59,688 nt of DNA, filler included, from Sphacelaria rigidula (GCA_964200075.2; 9 parts of 9 records of this genome joined end to end with filler, not necessarily neighbours in it), one strand, 5' to 3'. Positions 38,025-50,680 are shown, counted from the whole stretch's first letter. The notes: generated by a model not told the origin, from the letters alone. Translations and numbers: made by a program.

Positions 38025-38540
38025 TGTGGGGGCCGACGACGGTGGGGGGCAGGGGTATTGCCTATCGTGTAGAATTCTTTGTGGTTGGTTAACTCGATGC
38101 GGTGTTCTATGTTTCTTTCCCGCTCGTTTTCTATTGTTGTGACTTCGTATTAATTTTGTACTGTGGAGGTAAATCATCATTTCTGGTTTCGGCTGTCGTC
38201 GTTGTGTGATTGTGAGTAACATACCTGTACCGTAGTGTGAGTGAGATAACCTTGCGCTGGTTATATTTAGTGGTGGCTTGAGTTGCTCGACCTTGTTGCA
38301 CAAACTTTTTCTGTGTTTCCGTCGACCGTTTTGGTGTGACTTTGCGTGTTTTTGTACGTTGGAGATGGGGTATCATTTGCGGTTCGGCTATCGTAGTTCG
38401 TTGTGTGATTGTGAGTACCATGGTGTGACCGAGAAAAAAGTCGCATCGGTTGTATTTAGTCGCAGCTTGATGTGCTCGACTTTTCTTGTGTTGGTATACT
38501 CACGTCGTTGTTGCCCGCACGTTTAGAGTGTGTTATTGCC

Positions 38541-38845
38541 GCCGCGCCCCGGTGGTGTAGTGGTCCAACTGTTGCTTTTAGGGTGGAGAGAACGAAGGTT
38601 CGATTCCCGATACGTTGGGTTTTTTCTTCGCAATGTCTGATTGCCACTGTGGAAAGCGTGAGAACGTAAGTAAACAAAGTAATCGACTGAGCACGTTAGA
38701 CATGGGTTGACGCGGTGCGGAAGTGATGATCCAATGCGCGAGCCCAAAATGTAAGGCGTGTACCGGGGAAGATATGGATTAATGATCCCTTGAGACCACG
38801 GACTCATCCCGGGGAAGGGGAGGGGTTCAAAGTGAGAAAAAAAAA
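38541..38845 (+). mobile_element. SINE family B (tRNA-derived head, A-rich tail)
   Basis: gccccggTGGTGTAGTGG...GGTTCGATTCC; body shared with 50031 and 57448. Confidence 0.85.
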
Positions 38846-38964
38846 CGTATTGAAAAAAGACTTGAAATTGTCATCTGTGCTCACTCTTGTCCTATTTCGC
38901 TAGCCACCGCACCAACGTTCGCGTGGTATTGAGCTGACGGTGATGCCTACCGATTGACCCCTCT

Positions 38965-39180
38965 TGATTGATTGATTGATCGATTGATTGATTGATTGAA
39001 TGATTGATTGTCGCACTGTAAATGACCCCCCAGGGGTCCAGCCATTGTCTAATGATAGACATAGCCAAGAAAAACAAAACTGAAACACTCGCTGAAGAAA
39101 AGAAGGAACAGAAAGAAAGAATATGTATATATATATATATGTATGTCGAACAGAACGACATAGTAGACTAAGATGTAAAA
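38965..39180 (-). mobile_element. Repeat family C with (CAAT)n tail
   Basis: (GATT)n then gtcgcac...cccccagggg...aaacactcgctgaagaaa. Confidence 0.7.
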
Positions 39181-39760
39181 TAAAATAACAAACATCTTGC
39201 CCAATTTTTTGTCCTAGCGGCGGTCTGTTATATTGGACAATATTTATCGATTGTTTCTACTCCTGTCTCTTGTACAAGCAGCGGACTATCGTTTTTTACC
39301 GCTCATCTTTCATCCAGGGTACGATCAGTGTTACGCCGGGGATTTTTTTTTTTTTAATAGTCTTTTAAACGCCTCCGCGAAAAACGGTGAAAAGCGTTGG
39401 ATGGTGGCAAATATCCTGTTTTCGCAAGCACGGTCCGCACCTGCTGTGCATTCAAGAGCGGCCCAGACAGCATCGTCCAGGAGGGAGGAGGAGACGCGTG
39501 AACAATTAAGGTGCGTTCATATATAGGCAGACAGTTCCTCTCGCAAATTGCGATGGCAACAGTGCTATATGCAACGAGTTAGGGCAGAATCCGTGCAGCT
39601 GAGGGTGAACATCACCCCCCTCGCTGAAACGTGACCTCCGGTGTCATGTGAGGACATGGCGCTGGACCTACACGACCAGGAGAGATACAGAGGAATGTTT
39701 CATCATGTAGAGAAAGTAAACTTTCTGTTGCAAAAGATTTCACTGAAATCCATCGCTGTC

Positions 39761-39860
39761 NNNNNNNNNNNNNNNNNNNNNNNNNNNNNNNNNNNNNNNN
39801 NNNNTTAATTAATTAANNNNNNNNNNNNNNNNNNNNNNNNNNNNNNNNNNNNNNNNNNNN
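39761..39860. other. Artificial contig linker
   Basis: N44-TTAATTAATTAA-N44. Confidence 0.98.
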
Positions 39861-39962
39861 AAACAGAACGCCCTCGGGTTCACGTCTTGAGTACGCAGCC
39901 CCCTCCAGGATTGTGGCCTCGCTACAGTAACACTTACCCCAAAGTCAGTTTCCAGCGGTCAC

Positions 39963-40104
39963 CTTGACTGGGAGTCATCATCCAACGGCCAAGTTCTCTT
40001 CTCTGCGGCCGCTAGGACAACTGATATGCCCAAACTCCTCGGTTTTGGGCTACTCGGGTTAAGGCCAGCATCGTGGTCGTGAAGGTACCGTTCAATTCCG
40101 TGTT
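39963..40104 (-). CDS. Probable exon, possibly a downstream part of the fumarate reductase gene
   Basis: Strong pyrimidine tract + ccag acceptor, AG|GTGAC donor, open frame HGIERYLHDH...; no motif recognised. Confidence 0.4.
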
Positions 40105-41984
40105 CTGGTGAAGAAATGGGGAGAAAGTGGTTCGTGGACACTATTTTTCGATTTTCCTCATTCTCNNNNNNNATTCTCGACCACCCCGGAGGGGGGGGGG
40201 GGGGGGCGGGTTATAAACCGTTTTCCAGTCTGCAAGGCCCCTTTGTGGGTGTATACCGGGGAAGAAGTAAGTTGATCCTTGATTACTATGGAAATCGTCT
40301 CGAGAAAGAAGGAGTTAAACGAATCACAAAAACATAGATGCAACAAACGTGTATGTATCAATGTGTATATGATCGAAAAAAAGATAAACTAAAAACGCTG
40401 TAAGGGGCTGTGAACGACATATTCCAACCTCCGTGTGACCACGCTACAGTATATATACAAGTTGAGCACTTTTTTTTAACATGAAAAGAACGAGGGTTTA
40501 GGATGGTTATGCGATGAAGCAAAGCCCACAGTTTATACACCAACAACGATTAATTTCTTTATCATGGTGAGACACGAGGAACAACCATGAACTGACTCGC
40601 TTGCCCAATATCTCTCTCTCCCCCCCCCCACATCTCCGGTCTACGTTGCTCTCTCCTTGCATATTCACTCCTCTTGAGTCAGCACTCTACACTCAAGATA
40701 TGTGGTCATTATACAGGATGCGTGTCTACAAGGGTTTCGGCGGCTTACACCGCCACGCTCGATGGATACATTCCAAGATACATTCCAAGCAGCGATAGTT
40801 ATGTACATCGCGTAATCTGGTAGATGCCCCGCCGTGTGCGCATTGTGGCACAAGTCGTGACAGGGACACGGTTTGAGGGTGTATATCTTCCTCGGGTCTA
40901 TCCGTCCGACGGTGATATAGTACGCGAGATCACAACCGTTTCCAGCAGTTGTCAGAGCGGGTACAGACGACCCGCATGGAGAGTATTTTCACCAGTTTTC
41001 ACGGCGGTATGTGGCCGGATAGACCCGATAGAGACATATACCCTCAAAATGCGGCGGTCAACAGCTAACACGGTGATGCCGATCCCTGTTTTGTACAGCA
41101 GTGACCCGAACCCTACTGTTTCCCCCCCCTCCCACGTACTCGGGTCAAAGTCTACTGATGAAAATGATGAATGTATAATTTTCGACTAGAATGATGCCAC
41201 TTCGAATTTCAACCTTTTGTTTATCATTTTTTCGATTGTCGATTCTCGTTTCTCGATTTACAATTTTCAAATTTCACCTGCATGTGATGCCGATTCCATG
41301 AATGGGTAATATGGTCTCTTAGCGCAGGAGAGAGAATTCCCCGTGTCTGAGAGAGATCCCCTGTGTGTCACAGCAATCGGAATAGCTAAAAACGATAGCC
41401 GCAAGGTACGTCCAATTGGCAGAGGAACAGAGACTAGCGAGGAGAGGAGATGCGCACAGCGAATCGAACGGAACGCATCGCAACGCCATACGCCACGCAG
41501 AAAGCAAATGTACCTACTCTAAACCCAAGCCCAAGCAAAAACAGAACGCACCCTAAGCCTAGCGAAAAAAATCTCGAGCGCCGAAAGCTCAGTTCTTACA
41601 GAGACAACTACGTACTTTGAAATAATCAAGTAAAGCAAAACAAAAATGAAGGGTCTCTCAGAGCTCGAGATAATGAAATGGCAGTCTGTCAGCAGTGCAG
41701 GGAAGTTTCCTCCTGCGTTCTCGGACGAAAAGACGAAACGATATGGTTTTCTATGTAGAGTCGTGCCACGCTAGCGGTGCACTATCTTGGCCGAAAGTTG
41801 TCTGAGGTATTTTTCACTTTTTGTGATGCTTCGCCTGCGAGATGATTGCCTCACGTTCATGCGCAACTTCGGCCGTGCTGCACTAGTGCGAGTGCGCTAG
41901 AGTCTACATATTCAACTCCAGTACGCTGGCCCATGCAGAAATTATTTGCGCACTCATCGTACCGTAGCATGACTGTACGGGTGT

Positions 41985-42290
41985 GCTGTGTGTGTATGTG
42001 TGTGTGTGTGTGTGTTATCATATCCCATCTATTCTGGACGCCAGTCTACAACTTTCGGTAAATGTGGGCGATTCAGCCGAGGTCACACAGGAGGAAGGGA
42101 AACACAGGAGGAGTTTTCTCTTTTTGTATCTTTTTTTTACTTCTCCACCTTCCTTCTGCGGTGCTTGCCATATTTCTTATCGCGACAGGGGTTCAGCGGT
42201 TGCTTTCCCTCGTCGACCGTGAAGGTCGAATCTTGTGTACACACGACAAGTCGCTCTCCACTGTCGGACATGGCGCGCGAAAAAATTCAA
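41985..42290 (-). mobile_element. SINE family A, headless copy with (AC)n tail
   Basis: (GT)n then cccatctattctggacgc...ggtcacacaggaggaagg. Confidence 0.8.
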
Positions 42291-42632
42291 AAATCGTATG
42301 ATCCGTTTCACAATCTCAAGTGATGTATACTATACGTTGTGAAGGTACACTGTAAACAGCCTCAAATGGTGTAGATTTTGTTCAGGATGTCCCACAGGGG
42401 TGTGCTTGAGAAACCCCGAGCGATGCGCCCGTTGTATAGGATTTATTCTGGGGGTACTTATGATCCCCCTACCGGATGCATGCATGCGATCATCATGCAA
42501 AACGTGGTGTGCCTCTACCCTACGTGATATTGCCATCGTATAGGATGTATGGCGTGTTGTTACAATAGGGGTAGGATACACTTGAACTTTTGTTTTCGCG
42601 TGTGAATCATGCTACGATAGGGGGGCATACTA

Positions 42633-43178
42633 CAGTAGGGGGCGGTCTAACTATTTAGGGGTCTTTCGGGGTTTCCCTCGCGTACTACCCTTCGATAAAA
42701 CTCGAAATTGCTCGCGTCGGTAGATATTGGTACAACAAAACAGATCATCTTTGAAACACAGTGCCCAAGTCAGAGTTAGCTGGTGTTATCGAGCGAAACG
42801 ACTAAATACCCCGTTTACCAGGAGGGTGTTATATTGACCGTGAAACACAATTTTTCGGTCCTAGTGCACTAAGTAGGCAGAATTTTAAAAAAATAAAACT
42901 GTACAGTACTTGATAAATATGATCGGGACGGGCTTGATCGACCGAAAATGCAGAAGAGTAAGAATCTGGACTGAAACATGGCAGGACCCCCGATGACCTG
43001 TCAGTCCGTAAGTCACTCAATACTGAGTACAAATTATTATTTCCTCTTGGAATGTGGAGCGGATACAAATATCTTCAGCTCCCCGATGTGATAAGGGGTG
43101 GCGAGGGAAAAGAGCCCAAGAAAATCGCGAAAAAATCACAAATTGCCACAAAATGAATAGTTAGACCGCGCACTACTG
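42633..43178. mobile_element. Tc1/mariner/pogo-type MITE, 546 bp
   Basis: TIRs CAGTAG.G.GCGGTCTAACTATT at both ends, flanked by TA at 42631-32 and 43179-80. Confidence 0.8.
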
Positions 43179-44012
43179 TAATTTATTGCTTGTCTCAGTG
43201 ATTTGATGATTGACCACACGGATTCCCTTTGACAACGGAGCACCGTTCCTATTCCTAAGAGACACCTCCAACATTTGGGCGCTCATTACGTTTCTTCCAT
43301 ACATTACACAAAAACCTGTGTTTGGTTGCACGAAAAAAAAAGGGATCACAGGTGTGTCGGACGACCTAGCACACTTGCCGCGCGCTTGTTTTTGGGGAAG
43401 AAATGGTGCCAAGCAGTAGAAATGAGCGTTATTTCCCGGTAACAAGCGCGTTCGGTCAACTGTTGCTGCTTTCAACGACGATTTGAATAGGAATTTCGGT
43501 GAACGAAAGCGTCCAATCCCCCCCCCATCGTAGCCTGACTCGTATATCTCCTGCATATGTTGGGGTTCCCACGTCAACAATCTCCGCAAATGACTTGCTC
43601 GTGAATTCATGGACTCTGCTTGCTCGTCCCCAACAGTGCGATTTTACTCATTTTTCGCGCTAAATTCGGAAATTCCCAAATAATATATATAGGATTGATC
43701 GACCCCGGATTCAAACGCGGGATCTTGCGGTCACCGACCAAAAACTGAAACGTCATCTGTGTAGTGTCGCAAACGTGAAAAATGGAAGTGTCCTCGACAC
43801 ACACATGTGCTGAAAATCCCCTTCATTTCTTCTTGTTTTTTTTTTTTTTTTCATCTTTTATCTCTTTCATCATGCCTATACCCTCTGTCCTTGCTCGGGA
43901 GAGCCCTATGGATTATTGCAGTAACAGTTGCAATTACAAAAACACTCTTGAAAATGAGAAGGAGTGGCACGGTCATTGGATAGAGTGTAGACTGCATACA
44001 GGGAATACTCAC

Positions 44013-44228
44013 CAAAAACGCCACCTTAGACTGAGACCCCATAGCCGGAGTACAGTTGGCCATGATCGCAGCCGTAACGGCCGCCCGCGTGTCCAGCTCA
44101 TCACAGAATCGCTCACCGCTGCCGTTTACCAGCACACCACCGCTACCGCGCATAGCTTCGGGGGCGAGCATCTTGGACAAGTTGTTGGGGTCAGAAGAAT
44201 TCATTAGGCCGGTGGGATGGACTTGCAC
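44013..44228 (-). CDS. Soluble FAD-dependent fumarate reductase (Osm1/flavocytochrome c flavin subunit-like), exon
   Basis: VQVHPTG...LAPEAMRGSGGVLVNGSGERFCDELDTRAAV catalytic motifs; cag acceptor, GTGAG donor. Confidence 0.9.
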
Positions 44229-44477
44229 CTGATTTGCATTATTTTTTTCCACAACGGGGGGAGGGGGGGGGGCAGGGTGTACTCATGATCATGCATGCCA
44301 TAGTCATAGGACCATTAAGACCATTTGGGGGGAGGGGGGTGTGAAAATGGTCAACCCTTTTACCGTCATTAGTTTGCGCATCTTTGCTACAGCAGCAGTC
44401 GAGATAATGACAGACGAGATGTATACAATTAGAAACATGCGTATAATCAGTTTGGCCACCGTAGTACGTGAGGAACG

Positions 44478-44559
44478 ACAGTGGCGGTACTGAAAAGGCG
44501 AGCCTACGTCCGTGACCACGGGTGCGAGAAATCGGGCGAATGCGCGGGGAAAACAATGA

Positions 44560-44590
<31 letters not shown>

Positions 44591-44597
44591 AAGAAGA
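44478..44597 (+). mobile_element. Repeat family E 3' fragment with (AAG)n tail
   Basis: aaaggcgagcctacgtc.gtgaccacggg matches the reverse complement of 10830-10865. Confidence 0.7.
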
Positions 44598-44731
44598 ATG
44601 CTAACCCCATAAGTTCCGGGGCCAAAAAACTACCATGCGGACTACTGGGCGCAGAACCCAACGTTCGTACTCAACACGCGAGCCCAAACAATAGTAGCAC
44701 TAGTAGTAGTACCGGGTAGTACTATAGTTAC

Positions 44732-44889
44732 CTGATCCATGTGCGTGAGGTGGGCATCAACGTCTCGCCTGCCTAGCATGACACCCGATCCGTCTGCTTG
44801 CTTGCCGTTGGTAGTGGGCAGCTCCCACAGACTCTCGGGCGTAAATTCGCGCAAGAGGGACCCTTCCCCTCGCTCGTAGGCGTACCCAC
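44732..44889 (-). CDS. Fumarate reductase, preceding exon
   Basis: GGYAY...SLLREFTP...LPTTNGKQADGSG...HMDQ splices in phase to VQVHPTG; gcag and GTAAC sites. Confidence 0.9.
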
Positions 44890-44989
44890 CTGCGTCCACC
44901 AGTACAACAATAAGCATCAATGTTTTAACCTAAAGTGTTCTATGTGTGTCGACGGACAGTGATGTGAGTCCTTAGTGAAGGTTTTCAAG

Positions 44990-45505
44990 GGAGAGGGTGG
45001 GTGTCCTCATGATCTTGTATGCCATAGCCATGAGACCATTGACCTCGCACCCCTACAAAGCCGGGACGGAGCACGCCGGGTTTTCGCCGGACCAGGTTCG
45101 CAACCAATCGCCGAGCGCGAAGCGCCGTGGTGTGTTCGGCGAGTCGTGAGAAGGGTGAGCTGCATCCTGCTACGATTTTTCGGCCCGAAGCGTAATAGGT
45201 ATCTCGCACATGGATGGTAGCCTACAACGAGTTGTGTCATTTTCCGGTACCTGTATCGCCACTTCCAGAGAGAGCCACGGGTTACACACTGCCTCATGGG
45301 TGTCTCACCATGTAAACACTGCGTAGTATGATCATCTCCTTTGCGCGGGGTTGAGGTTTTCCACTCCGCACAGTACGACCTAGCTCGACTACCATCATGG
45401 TTACCGCAACAAAACGCAAGCGCCAAAATAACCGGTGACTTGGTTGCCCAACGTACGCAGTGAGTGGCGTGTTTTACAGCGCCGTAAAATCGACATCAAC
45501 CCTCG
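44990..45505 (-). mobile_element. Repeat family D, near full-length copy
   Basis: Reverse complement aligns to ~46665-47165. Confidence 0.85.
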
Positions 45506-45897
45506 ATATCAAAAGAGGGCAGAGAAGCAGGCAAAAATACACACTTTACTGATAACTATTACTTTTTGACCTTCGAAATAACCTTCCTTGTTTCTGCAAG
45601 TCTCTATGCCATGAGGACTTTCACACACCCCTCTCATCTTAATGGTGTTTTCGCAGGGGAGTGGAGGGGCGGCCGGATTATCGCCCTCTACGTACCTCCC
45701 CCACTCTCCCCCCCCCGCCCCCCCGTCCTCTCAAGGAACCAACTCATCTCTCTCCGGCACAATTGAGTATGCAACAGTGTCTGCTTTGCACTTTACGATC
45801 CAGCAAAGGATCCACAATCCAGCAGCGTGTCGACATTTGCCACCAACTTCTTAGCACGTAATATCAACTCAAGACCCCTCCCTCCCCTGCCTTCCCC

Positions 45898-46403
45898 AGC
45901 CTGGTCCGGCGGGAACCTGGCGTGCTCCGTCCCGGCTTTGTAGGGGTGGACCTCCGATGAGGTTGACGTTGGTTGGCGATGATGCTGTGAAACATGCCAT
46001 TCATTGTGTAAGCTAGGCAACCAGGTTACCGTTTGTTTTGCGCGCTTGCGTTTTGTTGCGGCTACCACGATGGTAGTCGAGCTAGATCATGTCGTGCGGC
46101 GTGGGAGAACCTCAACTCCGCATAAAGGGGATGATCGTACCACGTGGTGTTTCAATGGTGAGACACCCATGAGGCTTCGTGTGAGCCGTGGCTGTCGCAG
46201 GAAGTGGCGATACCAGAAAATAAAAGCAACTCATTGTAGGCTGTCATCCAAATGCAAGATACAGTAATCAGTAGGTTTCGGGCCGAACAATCTTTAGCAG
46301 GGTGCAGCTCACCCTTCATGCGACTCGCCGAACACACCACGGCGCTTAGCGCTTGGTGGTTGAGTGTGAGCCTGGCCCCGTGAAAAACCGGCGTGCACCG
46401 TCC
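45898..46403 (+). mobile_element. Repeat family D with permuted terminal repeat (cut by contig end)
   Basis: gcctgg.cc.g.g..aa.c.ggcgtgc.ccgtcc at both ends, ~471 bp apart. Confidence 0.85.
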
Positions 46404-46503
46404 NNNNNNNNNNNNNNNNNNNNNNNNNNNNNNNNNNNNNNNNNNNNTTAATTAATTAANNNNNNNNNNNNNNNNNNNNNNNNNNNNNNNNNNNNNNNNN
46501 NNN
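46404..46503. other. Artificial contig linker
   Basis: N44-TTAATTAATTAA-N44. Confidence 0.98.
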
Positions 46504-47165
46504 GGGGATTGAGTGCGAGCCTTGTCCGGCGTGATCCGGGCGTGCTCCGTCCCTGCTTCGTAGGGATGCGAGGTCAATGGTCTTATGACTATGGCATGCA
46601 TGACGATAAGTACTCCCCCCCACCCTCTCCTTTTACCGGCTTTGTAGGGTTGGGCCCCCCATGGGGTTGGCGTCGGTTGAAAATGACGCTGCAGAACACA
46701 CCAATCATCGCGTAAGCTAGGCGACCAGGTTACCTATTTTTTCGCGCGCTTGCTTTTGTTTTGCGGTAGCTATGATGGTGGTCGAGCTAGATCATATTGT
46801 GCGGGGTGGGAGAACCTCAATTCCGCGCAAAGGGGATGATCAAACAGCGTCATCTTGAAAGTACCCATGAGGCAGCGTGTAACGCGCAGCTAGCTGTCTC
46901 TGGAAGTGGCGATACTAGAGAATGAAGCACCTAATTGGAAGCTGCCATTCAAATGTAAGATCAGTACGCTTCGGGCCGAACAACCTTAGCAGGATACAGC
47001 TCTACCCTCATGCGACCTGACGAACACACCACGACACTTCGCGCATGGCGGTTGATTGCGAGCCTGGTCCGGCGAAAACCCGGCGTGCTTCGTCCCGGCT
47101 TTGTAGGGATGCGAGGTCAATGGCCTTATGACTACGGCATGCAAGATCATGAGTACCCCCCCTCC
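46504..47165 (+). mobile_element. Repeat family D, tandem pair (3' end 46504-46630 plus full copy 46636-47165)
   Basis: Both end near gagtac/agtact + C-run; ccggctttgtaggg at 46636 and 47095. Confidence 0.85.
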
Positions 47166-47209
47166 TCGAAAAAGGGAAATAAAAAATATGGGGGAAACTG
47201 GGATCAGAG

Positions 47210-48870
47210 GGGGAAAATGTGCGAGAAGTGCTCTGATGATAGATGGGAAAACTTCGAAATAGTTGTATATTTTACAAGGAGTTGCACAAGGACGTACGTT
47301 ATCAATCATTATATCCAAGGTGTTTACTAACGACATTATGAGTGCGACAGAAGCAGCAAAGCAAGGAGTCAAGATAGGGGAAGATACGGCACCGGGGTTG
47401 ATGTTCGCGGATGATTTCGTGGAGATATCACAAGCACCGGAAGGACTGCAGAAAGATATAGAGAAGGAGCTGCAACACATTAGGAAATTGAGAGTTACGG
47501 CGAGCGGAAACAAATGCGCGGTAGTCGTACGTAAGGAGGATAAGGAGAACCCGGTAAACTTCAAATGGAAGTGGGGGGAAGGGAAATTGCCGATCGTAGA
47601 CTAGTATACATACCTTGGCGTAGAGATTTCGAAAACACTGTTCTTGGGGTGCACACGTGAATAAATCAATGGGAAAGGCTTAGGCACAGATAGGCAAGAT
47701 GGACGTGATCCTCGCAGACTCTCACCTCGGTACTAGGATTAGGATATGTATCCTGATAAACGTGATTGCACCGAACCTGGAATATGCAGGAGAGGTATGG
47801 GAGGGGAACGCGAAGTTGGTGGAGCAGCCGGAAGCAGCATCGATGACAATAGCTGAGAGCATGTCTTGTTTTGATTGATTGTCGCATGCTAATAAATCCC
47901 CCAGGGATTCAGCGACGATCGCATGATGGACGTACCCGAGAAAAAGCAAAACCGAAAAACTCGCTGAAGAAAAAAAGAAAACTCAGTAGAGGTAGAGCAG
48001 ACCAACGGAGTAAACTAAGAACAAATACTCGGATGCTCGAAACCGATGAGTAATACAGCGTTGAGAGCACAGTTGGGGTTGGGATGCATCCACTTAAACA
48101 CAAATAGGGACATGAATAGATTGACAACACAACACAACGGAAGGAACATGCCAAGGAAGGGGTTGCCAGCCATAGTTGATAGGGCTGTATGGAAGAAAGC
48201 GACGAAAGGGCAGGCTGGAATGGGATGGGATAGCGTAGTCGAGAAAGTATGGAAGGAGATAGGAAGAAACAAAGACGAAGTGTTGTCCAGAAGTGAATAC
48301 GGGGGGTAGAACACAAAAGTAAGAGACATTTATGGTAATAGGGGGAAAACAAGTGCGAAGACGGAAATGAGACGAGGAAGAGCACCTAAAGATATACGGG
48401 GGGTTGAGAGGGAGGAAAGGGGTAAAAACGTATCTGCACGGCAAAATGGGCTCCGCGAAAAAATTGAAGCTGTGATGTCGGGCGGGGGACCTGGACCTGC
48501 CAGAAAGAAGAAGGAGATATACCAGTTGTTGGGTGAAGGAGGTAGTAGATGCAGAGCTGCCCCTGTGGCAAAGCAATAGAGAGCATAGCTCATAAAATGG
48601 CAAAATGTGAACTATATAAGGAGGAACGGGACGTGCTAGAGGGGGAAACGTGGGAAGTAAACGAAGGTGGAATGAAATCGTCTGGGACATTAGGCAGTAG
48701 GGACAAAATGATCGTTATACTAGGAGACAGATGGTGGCCACAGACGGTGAAGCGGAAAGGGGATAAGGTACGTGGAAGGGTTTTATGAAATGGATGGGAG
48801 GAACGTAATGAGCGCCCAAATGTTGGCGGTGTTTCTCTCTATTAGGAGTAGGAACGGTGCCCCATCTCGA
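47210..48870 (+). mobile_element. 5'-truncated decayed LINE (RT and C-terminal zinc-finger-like region)
   Basis: GVAQG.LS, LMFADD, YTYLGV RT motifs; CPCG...ESIAH....C; stops and frameshifts; interrupted by a family C copy at 47870-47990. Confidence 0.85.
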
Positions 48871-50030
48871 AGGGGGCGCGTGATCAATGGTCAAACTTCT
48901 ATGGCAAGCAACAAATGAGTACACATCCCTCCTCCTCGGGACGAGTCGACGGTCTCAAGGGATCGACCAGTCCCTCCCCCGATGTACGCCTCACAGTTTG
49001 GTATCGCGGATAAAGTCAGCACTCCAGCACTGCATGGGCTCTCCTCAAGTACACATTTTTTGCTAACCACGTCCACGCGTTGTCATCGACGGGAACGGGA
49101 TACCTCTCAGAAAAAAAAAACTGCAGCAATCCTCAAGAAATTGAACTGGCATTCTTTCGCCGTGATAGTTACATTTTTACCATTAGATCGCTGGAGTGTG
49201 GTAGCAAGTTGAACTCAGACACAGGATTGTCGAAAACATCAACAGGTTTGTCCTATATCTCAAACAGGTTAACAAAATTGCGATTTTAGAATATCCTCAG
49301 AACTTTGTTTTGTTGAGTACCGGCCGTTTTCGAGTTGGTGTCGTATAGTTGAACGAAACGCCAGGACTGCTATATTTGAAGGTTAGTATCCGAGCACATC
49401 TTTGTCGCTGCTGGTAGTCGGAAGGAGATGTTGAGCGATGTGCGGCTATTTTGTAAAGCGTACAACTAACGCCCTTGGCATGCTTTTTTTCATTACAATG
49501 ATGTATTTTCGTCCCCATGAGTTGAATGTGGGATTATGCATGAAGGGATGAATAGTGCTGCCTGACCCCCGCAGTGGCAAAATGTCAGCTGTTTGCGCTG
49601 AACGTGGTGCCAAGCAACTGTCCACACACTCCCGAGTGGGGACTGACGGAGGGGAGTAAAAGACATGGGGGCACGCACTTGAGATCCTTGACGGCCATCT
49701 TGCAACGCCACCGTGCAGGTTGTGCCGACTTTTTAGAGTATTGGATACGCCGACGTTTTATATAGCTTTAAGAGCCCTTTTGTATAGTGATTTAGCGGTT
49801 TCGACAAGCGTTTATTTCCCTCAGTATGCCCTCTGCCGTGCTTTTCCCCTTCTGCGAGTCGTTGGGGGTGGTTGTGGACCCTGCAACTTAGTCTCTAATG
49901 TGTAATGCCGACAGCTGGGCAGACCTCGCGAAGATGGCCATTTACAACATCTGCCGCGTAGTGTATCTTCTTCGACAATACAGTTCCTTTACTTGTAGCT
50001 GCAAATTTCAAACCGTATTACAATTAGACC

Positions 50031-50329
50031 GCCGCGCCCCGGTGGTGTAATAGTCCGTCTGTCGCCACTAGGGTGGAGAGAACGGGGTTCAATTCCCGAT
50101 GCGTTGGGTTACTCTTCGTAACGTATGATTTCCACCGTGGAAAGCGTGAGAACGTGAGTGGACAAAAGTAGTCGACTAGCTTAGTGTGACGTAAGTTGAC
50201 GCGGTGCGGGAGTGCTGACCCATTCCGCGAGACCGAAATGGAAGGCGCGTACCGGGAAGAGATGGGTTGATCCCTTGAGACCACTGACTCACCCCGAGGA
50301 AGGGAAGGGGTTCAAAGTGTGAGGAAAAA
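50031..50329 (+). mobile_element. SINE family B
   Basis: gccgcgccccggtggtgtaa...ggttcaattcccg head; aligns to 38541-38845. Confidence 0.85.
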
Positions 50330-50504
50330 CAAAATCCCCGGGCGGATGGTGGACGTTGTCATACGTGCGCTTCTCTGCACACACCGCAACATGGTGGGGC
50401 CTACTTGATGCAAAACCCGGTCGTCTGCACGAGGTTTCAACCAACCTATCCGTAACGACGTGCGTGCGTCCGCCGGGTCGATCCGGAACGATCTCCATGA
50501 TCAT

Positions 50505-50680
50505 TTGATTGATTGATTGCTTGTCGCACTTGAGCTGACCCCCCAGGGGTCTAGCTGTGGCCACATGATGGGCGTACCCGGGACAAAACAAAACTGAAAC
50601 ACGCGCTGAAGAAAAACAAAACAAAACAAAAAAGGTTGGACAGTAGTAGACTGAGGAAAGAAAAAATATATACATATCAA
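50505..50680 (-). mobile_element. Repeat family C
   Basis: (GATT)n, gtcgcac, cccccagggg, aaacacgcgctgaagaaa. Confidence 0.7.

Noticed and set aside
45954..45993. Hammerhead-like CCGATGA...GAAAC
   Set aside because: CUGA core is altered and the motif is not conserved in the other family D copies
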